A stretch of 64,000 nucleotides of DNA from an uncultured Chloroflexia bacterium (GTDB lineage: Bacteria; Chloroflexota; Limnocylindria; QHBO01): positions 1,529,103 to 1,593,102 of the forward strand of contig OY969424.1 of assembly GCA_963699235.1 (NCBI GenBank). Direction: 5' to 3'. This document shows, in pieces, positions 19,178 to 29,080 of the stretch (its first letter is position 1; each line of letters opens with the position of its first letter). The position numbers and the translations under genes were made by a program. Under the pieces are notes generated by a model, which was not told the DNA's origin, made no database searches, and saw only the letters and a program-made list of their open reading frames with translations.

Positions 19178-20026
19178 CTAGTCGGCGCGAGCCACCTTCG
19201 CGGATGCGAGGTCCACCGCCTCGACCGACGGCAGCGCGTCCCCGAAGAGGCGGACGGCGACGCGACGGAAGGCATCGGGGTCGCCGGTGGTGGCTACCCG
19301 GTTCGGTCTCGGCGGAACGCCTGCCCGTGGGCCGCTGCGCGCCTTGAGCGCATCGAGCAGATCCTCGAGCGCGAGGGCCGTGGTGAACGCCGAGTCGACG
19401 ACGCTCACCGCCGGACCGAGCAGGCGCTCGAACGTCCCCCGCAGCAGCGGGTAGTGGGTGCAGCCGAGGAGCAGGGTGTCGAGCCGGGGATCCTGGGCTC
19501 GCAGCTCGTCGAGGTATCCGCCGACGACGGTCTCGACGTGAGCAGTGGCCAGCTCGCCGGCCTCCACCAGCGGCACCAACTCGGGGCACGCCTGCTGGAC
19601 GACGGTCACCGCCGGATCGGCGTCACCGATGGCGGACAGGTACGCGCCCGAGCCCACCGTCCCGGCCGTGGCGACGACCCCGACGTGCCGGCTGCGGGTC
19701 GCGGAAGCGGCCGCCACCGCGCCGGGCCGAACGACGCCCAGGACCGGGATCGAGAACTGCTCGCGGACCTGGGGCAGGGCCTGGGCGGTGGCCGTGTTGC
19801 AGGCGAGGACGAGGACCTTCGGATCCTGGGCCAGCAGCCACGCGGCGCTCTCGAGGGTGAAGGTCCGGACCTCGTCCGCCGGGCGGGGCCCATACGGCGT
19901 GCGGGCGTTGTCGCCGAGATAGAGCGTGGACTCACCGGGCAGGCGGCGCTGGATCTCGGAGAGGACCGTGAGGCCGCCGACTCCGGAGTCGAAGACGGCG
20001 ATCGGTCGGTGGTCGGGCGAGACCAC
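19178..20026 (-). CDS. murI: glutamate racemase
   Basis: IAVFDSGVGGLTV, LACNTA and GCTHYPLL catalytic motifs. Confidence 0.9.
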   Translation of the reverse strand: MVSPDHRPIAVFDSGVGGLTVLSEIQRRLPGESTLYLGDNARTPYGPRPADEVRTFTLESAAWLLAQDPKVLVLACNTATAQALPQVREQFSIPVLGVVRPGAVAAASATRSRHVGVVATAGTVGSGAYLSAIGDADPAVTVVQQACPELVPLVEAGELATAHVETVVGGYLDELRAQDPRLDTLLLGCTHYPLLRGTFERLLGPAVSVVDSAFTTALALEDLLDALKARSGPRAGVPPRPNRVATTGDPDAFRRVAVRLFGDALPSVEAVDLASAKVARAD

Positions 20027-20031
20027 GGCCG

Positions 20032-21201
20032 TCAGCGCGCGGCCACGGCAACGGCCGGCGAGCGGCGATGAGCGAGGAGGGCGGCGGCGATGGAGCGCAC
20101 GCCCTTGGAGATCTGGGCATCGGGGCTGGCCGCGACGAAGGGCACGCCCTCGTTGTTGGCGGCCAGGACCAGCCGCCCGTCGGAGACGACCTCGAAGTCG
20201 ATGTGCTGGCCGAGCACCTCCTCGACTTCCTCCCGGCTCATACCGCCGGACGCATCGGCCCGGTTCAGGACGACCGCCAGCTTGCTGGGCGGATAGCCGA
20301 TAGCGGCGAACGCCTCGTTGGCCATGGCCAGGGCGCGGACCGCCTGGGCCTCGAAGGTCAGGACCTGGAGCACGAGATCCGAGGCGTCGAGGAAGGCCAG
20401 CACCTCGTCGGTCAGGGCGGCCCGGGTGTCGATCACGACGTGACCGTACAGGTTGCGGAGGAGGGAGAGGGACTTCTCGATGTCGCGGGTCGTGATCATT
20501 TCCGCCATCTCGACCCGGGGTGGGGCGAGGAGGACGTCGATCCCGGAGGGATCACGGAACATGACCTCCGAGACGTCACCCTCCTTGATCTTGTCGGTGG
20601 GGAGGTCGAGGATCGACCGGGCGTCGGCCGGGGCGCGAAGCAGGCCGCGGAGGTCGGAGAACTGGAGCGAACCGTCCACCAGGCACACCGGTTCCTCACC
20701 CGCGAGCGCCACCGCAAGGTTGTAGGCGAGGGTCGTCCGCCCCACGCCACCCTTGGGCGAGAACAGGCTGATCATCTGCGCACCGTTGCCGGTGGTCTGC
20801 GCCACCCGCTCCTCGGCGATGCGACGGACGACGGCCGTCAGGTCGAAGCCGGCCAGCGGCATGCGGAGGACGGCGTCGATGCCGCGTGCGGGGTCCTCGG
20901 TGATCGGCTCCTGCGGGACGGTCAGGACGATGATCCCGACCTCCGGATGCGCCTGGCGGATGCTGGAGGCCGCCTTGGCGCCGCTCACCCGGCCCTGGAG
21001 CAGCCAGTCGATGATGACGACATCCGGGCGGAAGTCCCCGACCGCGGCCAGGGCGCGGTCGCCGTCACCGATGACCTCCACGATCTGGATCTGGGATTGG
21101 GAGATCAGCAACGAGCGAACGTGCGACGCCACCTGCGGCACGTCCTCGATCATCAGGAGCCGGATTCGTTCTCCTGCCACTCGTCGGTTCGCCTCAATCA
21201 T
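20032..21201 (-). CDS. CpaE/Ssd-like protein: N-terminal receiver-like domain + MinD/ParA-type ATPase (deviant Walker A KGGVGRTT)
   Basis: REC-like IRLLMIEDVP...DVVIIDW. ATPase core SPKGGVGRTTLAYNLAVALA. Overlaps the upstream methyltransferase stop by 8 nt. Confidence 0.75.
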   Translation of the reverse strand: MIEANRRVAGERIRLLMIEDVPQVASHVRSLLISQSQIQIVEVIGDGDRALAAVGDFRPDVVIIDWLLQGRVSGAKAASSIRQAHPEVGIIVLTVPQEPITEDPARGIDAVLRMPLAGFDLTAVVRRIAEERVAQTTGNGAQMISLFSPKGGVGRTTLAYNLAVALAGEEPVCLVDGSLQFSDLRGLLRAPADARSILDLPTDKIKEGDVSEVMFRDPSGIDVLLAPPRVEMAEMITTRDIEKSLSLLRNLYGHVVIDTRAALTDEVLAFLDASDLVLQVLTFEAQAVRALAMANEAFAAIGYPPSKLAVVLNRADASGGMSREEVEEVLGQHIDFEVVSDGRLVLAANNEGVPFVAASPDAQISKGVRSIAAALLAHRRSPAVAVAAR

Positions 21202-22030
21202 GTTCCGCTGCCCGTCGCCCGGACCGATGCCGGATTCGCCGGCTGAGGACGATCAGGCGCTCGCTGCCCGCCGAAAACGCCTCCAGATCGTGTGATCCGT
21301 GCGTCGCGGCAACAGCAAGTCCTGCGGCCTCAACCAGCCGCACGACGGTGTCATGAGAGGGGTACCAGAGGCGGAAACTGGCCGGAAGCCGCGCTATCGT
21401 ACCATCGGGGTCCTGCCGATCCACGACCGTGGACAGGGTCACGCGGAGGCCCTCCGGGGCGTCTCGACGGCCGACCTGGCTCCTGCGGGTGAAGGTCCTG
21501 CCGCCGGACCGGATGACCCAGTCCACCGCCAGCGGCAGGTCCGTGGCCGGAAGCGCCGCCGGACCGAGGAGATCGAAAACCAGCAGCCCACGCGGGGTGA
21601 GCAGCCGGCTGGCCCTCGCCAGAAGGCGGGACGCGTCCTCGGGACCGCTGAGGTGCGGGAGCACCCCCGCCGCCACGATGAGGCCGAACCGTTCCCGACG
21701 GCGAACGCCGCGAATGTCTCCATGGACCAGCTCCACCCGCCCCCCGGCGTGAGCCGCGGCGAGGCGAGGGTCGCCGGCGATTCGGACCTCCGCCCGACGG
21801 AGCATGGCGGCGGAGGCGTCCACGCCGACCACCCGGCTGGCGCCCCCGTCGAGGAACGACCCGTACAGCCGGCCCGACCCGCAGCCCAGGTCAAGCACCG
21901 CACCGCGAACCCGGCGCGCGAGTCCCCGGTAGAAGGCGAGGTCCTCGGTGACCGGGTCGTGCTCGAGGTCGTAGATCTCCGCCAGGGCGTCCGGGTCGGT
22001 GCCCTGGCCGCCGAACGGGTCCCCGGCCAT
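21194..22030 (-). CDS. class I SAM-dependent methyltransferase (small-molecule type, Methyltransf_11/25-like)
   Basis: VLDLGCGSGRL motif I. Start at the internal ATG (MAGDPFGG); the upstream part of ORF 21194..22222 is low-complexity read-through. Confidence 0.75.
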   Translation of the reverse strand: MAGDPFGGQGTDPDALAEIYDLEHDPVTEDLAFYRGLARRVRGAVLDLGCGSGRLYGSFLDGGASRVVGVDASAAMLRRAEVRIAGDPRLAAAHAGGRVELVHGDIRGVRRRERFGLIVAAGVLPHLSGPEDASRLLARASRLLTPRGLLVFDLLGPAALPATDLPLAVDWVIRSGGRTFTRRSQVGRRDAPEGLRVTLSTVVDRQDPDGTIARLPASFRLWYPSHDTVVRLVEAAGLAVAATHGSHDLEAFSAGSERLIVLSRRIRHRSGRRAAEHD

Positions 22031-22059
22031 GGGCTCCGGGGGTCGGGTCGGATCCTCGC

Positions 22060-22467
22060 TCACTCGGCGTCGAGGCGGCGGGTGGCGAGCCACTCCACCG
22101 CGCCGGCCACCACCACCACGACCGTGGCCGAGAAGACGTTCAGCGCGTCCACCAGCCGCAGGCCGGCGACGGCGGCCAGGACGAGGCCGGCCAGGAGCCC
22201 GCGCCGCGCGGCCCGGGCCCACGCCCCGCGGTAGACGATGCGCTGATGGATGGCGTAGTCAGCCACGAAGGCGACCCCGGTCATGAGCGCGAACACGGCC
22301 GTGGCCGCCAGGGCCACGACGAGGACCTGGTTGCGGCCGGCATCCGGGCACGGGTCGTTCGGCGTGGGCCCGGGGCACAGCTGGCTGGCGACGGCCACCA
22401 CCGCGACGGCAGCGGCAACCCCGCCCGTCAGGAGCACCGCGACGAGGACGCGGTCCCGTACCGTCAC
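22060..22467 (-). CDS. small integral membrane protein (3-4 TM), hypothetical
   Basis: GTG start overlaps the TGA of the upstream helicase-nuclease (GTGA). Hydrophobic segments present. Confidence 0.5.
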   Translation of the reverse strand: MTVRDRVLVAVLLTGGVAAAVAVVAVASQLCPGPTPNDPCPDAGRNQVLVVALAATAVFALMTGVAFVADYAIHQRIVYRGAWARAARRGLLAGLVLAAVAGLRLVDALNVFSATVVVVVAGAVEWLATRRLDAE

Positions 22468-25400
22468 GGGGCGGCGTCAGGGCAGATGGTTCGGAACGGG
22501 CACGTGGCGCAACGCATCGATCCGGGCCTGGCGGGGAACTCTCCCGCCCGGATGCCGGCCGCGGCCGAGGCAATCTGGTCGCGGGCCTTTTCCAGCCGGG
22601 CCGGGGTCGCGCGGCTGTGGCCCACCTCGCCGGTCTCGAGGAAGTGGAGCGTCAGCTCCTCGGGTGGCTGGCCGTGCTCCGCCTCCCAGGCCAGGGCGTA
22701 CATCGCGAGCTGGAGGGACTCCCGCGAGCGGCGGGTCGCGGTGGCCGGGTCGCGGACGTCCCCCGACTTGTAGTCAACGACCGCGACCGTGCCGTCCGGC
22801 CGGCGGTCCACGCGGTCCATCCGGCCACGAACCCGATCGGTCCCGAATCGGAAGGCGAACTCCTGCTCGACGCCGATCACCGGGGAAGGCGCCGCCTGCT
22901 GCTCGTCCCAGAAGCGGTCGAGGGCGGCATGGGCTGACACGCGCCGGGCATCCTCGTGAGCCCGGGTCACGAACCCGGTGGATTCCCAGTGGCGGTCGAG
23001 CTCGTCCCGCAGCGCCTCTCGGCTCATGGGCGCGCCGTCCATCTGCGACCGGTGGAAGGCCTGCACCGCGGCGTGGAGCGCCCGCCCGACGACCAGGGCG
23101 TGGTTGGTGGGGGTGGGCAGGCGGATGAGGTGCGCAAAGCGGTAGCGCGCCGGGCACTCGCTGTAGTCGTTGACCTGGCCGTAGCTGAGGGTCAGCGGCT
23201 GCTCCACGATGTCCGGCTTCGGCGCGCGGGGCGTGACCGCCGGCGCCGACTCGGTTGGCGGGCGGAGTCGTTCGATCTTCTCGATGGGGCTCGGACGGAG
23301 GACCTCGGTCCCGAGGGCCGGTGTCTCGAGCGCCTCAAGCAGGAACTGGCTCGGGCGGCGCGGCCGCTCCCCCTCGTCCCGCGCCCAGCTCAGGATCAGC
23401 CGCTCGCGGGCGCGGGTCATGCCCACGTACGCCAGCCGTCGCTCCTCGGCGAGGTGGATGTCGCCATCGGCCAGCTCGTCGCGGAGCAGGTCCTCCGGCA
23501 GGCCGACCGGGTCACGGCGGACACGAGTGGGAAACCGGTCCTGCGCCAGGCCGACCATGTGCACGACTGGGAACTCGAGGCCCTTGGCCTTGTGGCAGGT
23601 CAGGACCTGGACCGCGTCGCTGCCGAACGGATCCGCGTCGGCGGTTGCCGGGTCGTCGCCGGCCTGGATGAGGACGTCGAGGCGCGCGACGAGGAACGGC
23701 AGCCGTGCGTCGCGCAACACGGAGGAGGCGCCGCGCAGGATCTCGAACAGGCGCGCCACATTCTGGAGCCGTTCCGGGCCCCGCTCGCGGGCCTCGAGCG
23801 CGAGCCGGCCCAGCCACCCGGTGGAGGTCACGAAGCGGTACAGGATCTCGCCCGCCTCCAGTCGGGCGGCGAGCTCGCGATGCGTGTCCAGCGCCGCGAG
23901 GACGCGTTGCGCGATGGCCGCCGCCGGTCCCCGCAGCGAGGCCCGCGCCGGGTCGCTCACGCCCTCGCGGAGCGCGGCCTCGAGCGGCAGATGTCGGCGC
24001 GAGGCCCGGTTCAGGGCCCGGCTCGCCTCCTCCGGGGCGAGGCCGAAGATCTCGGAGGTGGCGACGTCGAACAGGCTGACCGAGTCCTCGGGGTCGTTCA
24101 GCGCGCGCAGCACGCTGAGCAGGACGCGGACCTCCGGCTGGCGATACAGCCCGGCCGTCCCACTGAAGCGCCACGGAATGCGGCGGAGGCTGAGCGCCCG
24201 GAGGTACGGATCCGCCTCCCGGTTGCCCCGGACCAGGATCGCGTGGTCGGCAGGCCGGCGGCCGCTGGCGATGGACGTCGTGATCTGCTCGGCGACGCCG
24301 TCGGCCTCGTCGGATGTGGTCCCGTATGCCTGGCTGGTGATGGCGTCCGGCACGGCACGGCGGTTCGCCTGCTCCCCGGGCACGGAGCCGCTTGTCGATC
24401 CGTTCGCGGACCTCGAGCCGGTCCGGGTCGTTGTGGCGAATGAGGCGGTAGGCGGCGTCGAGGATGGGCTGAGCGGAACGGAAGTTATCGGTCAAGACCA
24501 CCCGACCGGTCCTGGGGTAGGCCGCCCGGAATCCGAGGATGTTCGAAAGGGCCGCGCCGCGGAAGCGGTAGATGCTCTGGTCGTCGTCGCCAACCACCGT
24601 GACGTTGCCGGACGGCGCCGGTGCGAGGAGGCGGACCAGCTCGAACTGGGCATGGTTCGTGTCCTGGAACTCGTCCACCAGCACGTACCGGTACCGAGCC
24701 CGCTCGGCAGCCAGGACGTCCGGATGGTCGCGCAGCAGCTGGAGGGCGAGCCCGACCTGGTCACCGAAGTCGATCCGGTCCGCGGCCCGCAGAAGTCCCT
24801 CGTATGTCTCGTACGTCGCTGCCAGCTCCGTCTGGCGCGCGGCCTCCTCGGCGAGGGCCGCGTCATCGGGAGCGGCCGATGACCGCACGGCCAGCTCCTC
24901 CGCGGCCGCTCGGTAGGCCGCCGGCGCGATGTCCTCGTCGCGAGCGCGCGAGAAGTGAGTGGCCAGGACCGACAGGAACCGGGTGGGGTTGCCGAGCGGG
25001 CGGAATCGGTCCAGCGGCAGCTCGTCGAGGTGCTCCCGGAGGAACGTCACCTGCTCGGCGCGGGACATGACCGCCACCTGGTCCGAGAGCCCGACGGCCA
25101 GTCCGTGCTCGCGCAGGAGTCGGTCGCCGAACGCATGGAAGGTGGAGATCACCGAGTCGGCATACCCGTACGGGACGAGCTGGTCCACGCGCTCCTGCAT
25201 CTCGGCCGCGGCCCGCTCTGTGAAGGTCAGGGCCAGGATCTCTGCCGGGCGCGCTCGCTGCTCGGCGATGAGCCAGGCGATGCGCCGGGTGAGGACCGTG
25301 GTCTTCCCGGTCCCCGCCCCGGCGACGACGAGGAGCGGACCTTCGCCCCAGGTCACCGCACGTCGCTGGCGGGCGGTCAGGTCGGCCAGGAGCGGCGGTT

Positions 25401-25521
25401 GAACGCGAAGGTGCCGGCGGCGCGGCCGTGCGGCGGTCTCCAGCTCCTCGAAGATCGGGATCTGGTTCGGCGCGGGAGTCACGGCGGCCACGGGCTCGAT
25501 GGTAGCGGAGGGATCGGGCAT
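22464..25521 (-). pseudogene. UvrD/PcrA-family helicase fused to a C-terminal PD-(D/E)XK nuclease with 4-Cys (AddB/Cas4-type) cluster; frameshift at about 24370-24385
   Basis: N-terminal half (ORF 23512..25521: [20 protein letters not shown]) and C-terminal half (ORF 22464..24383: helicase motifs IV-VI, then DYKSGD...CATCPFRTIC) are in different frames. They join at a CCCGGGG run, consistent with a sequencing indel or pseudogenisation. Confidence 0.8.
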
Positions 25522-25551
25522 GCCGGCAGCGTCCGCCGCCGGTGCGACAGG

Positions 25552-26079
25552 TTATTGGTCGCGTTCGGCAGCCGTCTCCGAACCGCCGCTGATCGCGATC
25601 CGCAACGCCTCCTGCTCCTCGTCGGACAGCGTGTGGGTCGCTTCGCCGCGGAGGACTGGCTTGGCGAAGATCCGGGTCCCGGCCCGGCCATGGAGGCTGC
25701 TGAGCACCACCCCGCTGCGATCGTCGTCAAGAAGGGCGATCGCGAAGCTCTGGTCGGAGCCGGTGTCGTTGAACGGGTTGAATCGGACGAGGCCGATGTG
25801 CTGGAGGCTCCCGCGCGACCGACGCTCGAGGCGCTGGTAGCGGTCGTCCACCTCTCCCAGCCGGCGCTCCACCCCGTCCACCCGGGCGCCGTGGGCCACG
25901 AGCGCATCGCCCAGCGAGCCGCCGCTGGCCTCATCCGCGAGGGACCGATAGCTGGCCGTGGCCCGCGCCAGCCGCCGGCTGACGACGAGGAGCCAGCCGG
26001 CCAGGCCGAGGACCCCGAGAACCAGCAGCCCGAGCACGATCGACAGGTTGTCGGCGAGCCACTGGTTGAGGTCGGGCAC
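25552..26079 (-). CDS. DUF4446 family protein
   Basis: N-terminal TM helix then conserved core; 175 aa. Family assignment is from memory. Confidence 0.6.
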   Translation of the reverse strand: MPDLNQWLADNLSIVLGLLVLGVLGLAGWLLVVSRRLARATASYRSLADEASGGSLGDALVAHGARVDGVERRLGEVDDRYQRLERRSRGSLQHIGLVRFNPFNDTGSDQSFAIALLDDDRSGVVLSSLHGRAGTRIFAKPVLRGEATHTLSDEEQEALRIAISGGSETAAERDQ

Positions 26080-26175
26080 GATGGGCGGCAGTCCCGGAGC
26101 GGGCTGGAACGGCTGGTATCATACCGACCCTCCGCCGGCCCACCCGCCGGCGGTTCCGCGTCAGCACGAGGTCTC

Positions 26176-26526
26176 ATGGCTCGACGAACCGGCAAGGCTG
26201 CCACCCGGCGCGCCCGCCAGCAGAAGCGCGCGAAGCAGGGTCCGACCGCGGCCACCCCGAGCTCCGCCCCTACGGCCAGCGAGGACCCCACCGAGGTGAC
26301 GTCGGCCGAGGTGACCGCCACCGGGGACGCGACTCCCACGGCTGCTGCTCTGCGGCGGGCGGCGCCGATCTACGCCGGTGTCAGGGCCTCGTCACGCCTC
26401 GGTAACGAGGCGGAGTACCACTACGTTGTCAGCGACCTGCGGAACACGAGCATCCTGGTCGTGATCATGGCCGCCATGCTTGCCGTGGCGGTCGTCATCG
26501 TGAACGTGGTTTCGGCCGCTCCTTAG
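26176..26526 (+). CDS. small hypothetical protein with C-terminal TM helix
   Basis: ATG at 26176. Basic N-terminus, T/A-rich middle, hydrophobic C-terminus. Its 3' end overlaps the rarA 3' end convergently by about 30 nt, which lowers confidence. Confidence 0.3.
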   Translation: MARRTGKAATRRARQQKRAKQGPTAATPSSAPTASEDPTEVTSAEVTATGDATPTAAALRRAAPIYAGVRASSRLGNEAEYHYVVSDLRNTSILVVIMAAMLAVAVVIVNVVSAAP

Positions 26527-27856
26527 CCTCCCGACGGGCGGCGCGCAGTCGCGCCAATCGGTCCCCGATCTGGGTCTCCATCCCCTGGTCCGACGGCTCG
26601 TAGTAGATCTTCCCCACCAGCTCGTCTGGCAGGTACTGCTGCTCGACGTCGGCGTTCGGGTAGTCGTGGGGGTAGAGGTAGCCTTTGCCGTGGCCCTGCT
26701 CCCGGGCCAGCCGCCGATGGGTGCCCTGCCGCAGGTGGAGCGGCACCGGCAGCCGGCCGCGACCTTCGACGTCGGCCAGGGCCGCCCAGTAGGCCGCTCC
26801 GGCGCGGTTCGACTTCGGCGCGGAGGCCACGTAGGCGGCGGCCTGGGCCAGGGCGTACTGGGCCTCCGGCAGGCCGATCATCTCGGCCGCCTGCATGGCC
26901 GCCACCGCGATCTGGAGCGCCCGGGGATCGGCATTGCCGACGTCCTCGCTGGCGGCGATGACGATCCGGCGGGCGATGAACGTCGGGTCCTCCCCCGCCG
27001 CCACCATCGAGGCGCACCAGTACAGTGCCGCGTCGGGGTCGTTGCCGCGCATCGACTTGATGAAGGCGCTGATCGCCTCGTAGTGGCCGTCGCCGGCGCG
27101 GTCGTAGGCGAGGAGCCGCTCCTGCGCGGCGGACGCCAGCACCTCGGCGTCCAGCGCGGTCCCATCAGGCACCGTCGCGGCCGCCGCTTCGAGCACGTTC
27201 AGGGCCTGGCGCGCGTCTCCGCCGGCGATGTCCAGCAGGGTCGCCATCCCGTCATCGGTCAGGCTCACCCGGCCGGCCAGGCCGTCCGCATCGGTCAGGG
27301 CCCGATCGACGATGGCCCGCAGGTCGTCGGCGTCCAGTGGCTCGAGGCGGTAGACCCGCATTCGGCTGAGCAGCGGGGAGTTCAGCTCGTAGTACGGGTT
27401 CTCGGTGGTGGCGCCCAGGAGGGTGATGGCCCCGTCCTCCACGTGGGGCAGGAGCGCGTCCTGCTGGGCTTTGTTGAAGCGGTGGAGCTCGTCGATGAAC
27501 AGCACCGTCCGGCCGCCCGCGTCGCGGAGGGCGCGGGCCTCGGCCACCAGGGCACGGACGTCGGCCACGCCGCTGGTCACCGCGCTCAGCTGGCGCCAGG
27601 TCCCGCCCGACTCCTCGGCGACAAGCCGGGCGAGGGTGGTCTTGCCGCTCCCCGGCGGGCCCCAGAACACGAGGCTGGGCAGGTAACCGGGTCGGACGAC
27701 CTTCGCCAGTGCGCCGTCAGGCCCAACGAGGTGGCGCTGTCCGACGAACTGATCGAGCCGATCGGGCCGCAGCCGGGCCGCGAGCGGGGCATCGGGGCTC
27801 GGAGTGTCCGGGAACAGCGGCCGGACGGGCTCGGCCGGGCGAGGACGCCGGGGCAT
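26495..27856 (-). CDS. rarA: replication-associated recombination protein A (AAA+ ATPase)
   Basis: [11 protein letters not shown] Walker [24 protein letters not shown], MgsA C-terminal domain. Confidence 0.9.
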   Translation of the reverse strand: MPRRPRPAEPVRPLFPDTPSPDAPLAARLRPDRLDQFVGQRHLVGPDGALAKVVRPGYLPSLVFWGPPGSGKTTLARLVAEESGGTWRQLSAVTSGVADVRALVAEARALRDAGGRTVLFIDELHRFNKAQQDALLPHVEDGAITLLGATTENPYYELNSPLLSRMRVYRLEPLDADDLRAIVDRALTDADGLAGRVSLTDDGMATLLDIAGGDARQALNVLEAAAATVPDGTALDAEVLASAAQERLLAYDRAGDGHYEAISAFIKSMRGNDPDAALYWCASMVAAGEDPTFIARRIVIAASEDVGNADPRALQIAVAAMQAAEMIGLPEAQYALAQAAAYVASAPKSNRAGAAYWAALADVEGRGRLPVPLHLRQGTHRRLAREQGHGKGYLYPHDYPNADVEQQYLPDELVGKIYYEPSDQGMETQIGDRLARLRAARREAKERPKPRSR

Positions 27857-27880
27857 GCCGGGAGTCTACCCGCCGGTATC

Positions 27881-29053
27881 ATGCGGCCGATGGAACAGAA
27901 CCTCCGTATCCCCGGCCCGACCCCCATCCCCGACGACGTGCGGGAGGCCCAGTCGGCGCCGATGATCAACCACCGCGGTCCCGAGTTTGGCGAGCTCCTG
28001 CGGGAGATCAGCGCCGGAATCGCCCAGCTCATCGCGACAGAAGGCGAGGTCTTCCTCCTGACCGGCTCCGGCACCGGCTCGCTGGAGGCGGCGATCGTGA
28101 ACACCCTGTCTCCCGGCGACAGGGTGCTGGCGGTCTCCATCGGCTCCTTCGGTGACCGATTCGCGAAGATCGCGGAGGTGTTCGGCGCGCACGTCGACCG
28201 CCTCGACTTCGAGTGGGGCACCGCGGCCGACCCGGATGGGGTCGCCGCCTACCTCGCCGAGAACCCGCCGTACCGGGCCGTGCTCCTGACCCACAACGAG
28301 ACCTCGACCGGGGTCGCGAACCCGCTGCGCGAGCTGGCGGCTGCCATCCGCGGCGCGCCGGGCGAGCCGCTCGTCCTGGTGGACGGCATCAGCGGCCTGG
28401 GAGCCATGCCGTTCGAGATGGACGCCTGGGGCGTGGACCTCGTGGTCAGCGCCTCGCAGAAGGCGTTCATGGCGTCGCCGGGGATCGCCATCGCGGCGGT
28501 AGGCGGGCGGGCCCGGGCGGCCGAGACGCAGGCCCGGATGCCGCGCTACTACTGGGACTTCGCCGAGGCGCGGTCGCTGGCCGCCAAGGGCCAGACGCCA
28601 TGGACACCTGCCGTCAGCGTCCTGTACGGGCTGCGCCTGGGCGTGGCCGCCCTCGTCGCCGAGGGGACGGCGCGGACCTGGGCTCGGCACGCGGCGATCG
28701 CGGCCGGGGCGTCAGCGGGGCTGGAGGCGCTGGGCTTCCGGCTGGTGGCGTCTCCCGAGACACGCTCGTCCACCGTCACCGCCGCGTGGCTGCCGGAGGA
28801 ATTGGACTGGAACGCCTTCGACGAGGTCCTGCTCCGCCGCGGCCTGGTCGTGGCCGGCGGGCAGGGGAAGTGGGCCGGACAGATCCTCCGTTTCGGGCAC
28901 ATGGGCGACGTGACCTGGGAGGAGATCGATGCGGCGCTGGCCACCTGCGCGGAAGCCCTGACCGAGCTGGGGCGCGAGGTAGACGGGAAGGCTGCTCGAG
29001 GGGCCGGAGAGTCGGCCTACGAGGCCGCCATCGGCACGGGAGTCCCCGCCTAG
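27881..29053 (+). CDS. class V aminotransferase (alanine-glyoxylate/serine-pyruvate aminotransferase family)
   Basis: NLRIPGPTPIPDDV N-terminus and SASQKAFMASPG PLP-lysine region. Confidence 0.85.
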   Translation: MRPMEQNLRIPGPTPIPDDVREAQSAPMINHRGPEFGELLREISAGIAQLIATEGEVFLLTGSGTGSLEAAIVNTLSPGDRVLAVSIGSFGDRFAKIAEVFGAHVDRLDFEWGTAADPDGVAAYLAENPPYRAVLLTHNETSTGVANPLRELAAAIRGAPGEPLVLVDGISGLGAMPFEMDAWGVDLVVSASQKAFMASPGIAIAAVGGRARAAETQARMPRYYWDFAEARSLAAKGQTPWTPAVSVLYGLRLGVAALVAEGTARTWARHAAIAAGASAGLEALGFRLVASPETRSSTVTAAWLPEELDWNAFDEVLLRRGLVVAGGQGKWAGQILRFGHMGDVTWEEIDAALATCAEALTELGREVDGKAARGAGESAYEAAIGTGVPA

Positions 29054-29080
29054 CCGGCGCCAGGAGCGAAGCAGGACGGC

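Noticed and set aside
18236-20071. 611-aa + strand ORF antisense to the metalloprotease and murI
   Set aside because: Low-complexity G/R/D-rich product; spurious long ORF from GC bias.
21299-22286. Several 95-311-aa + strand ORFs antisense to the methyltransferase and membrane-protein genes
   Set aside because: Low-complexity Arg/Pro/Gly products; no independent support.
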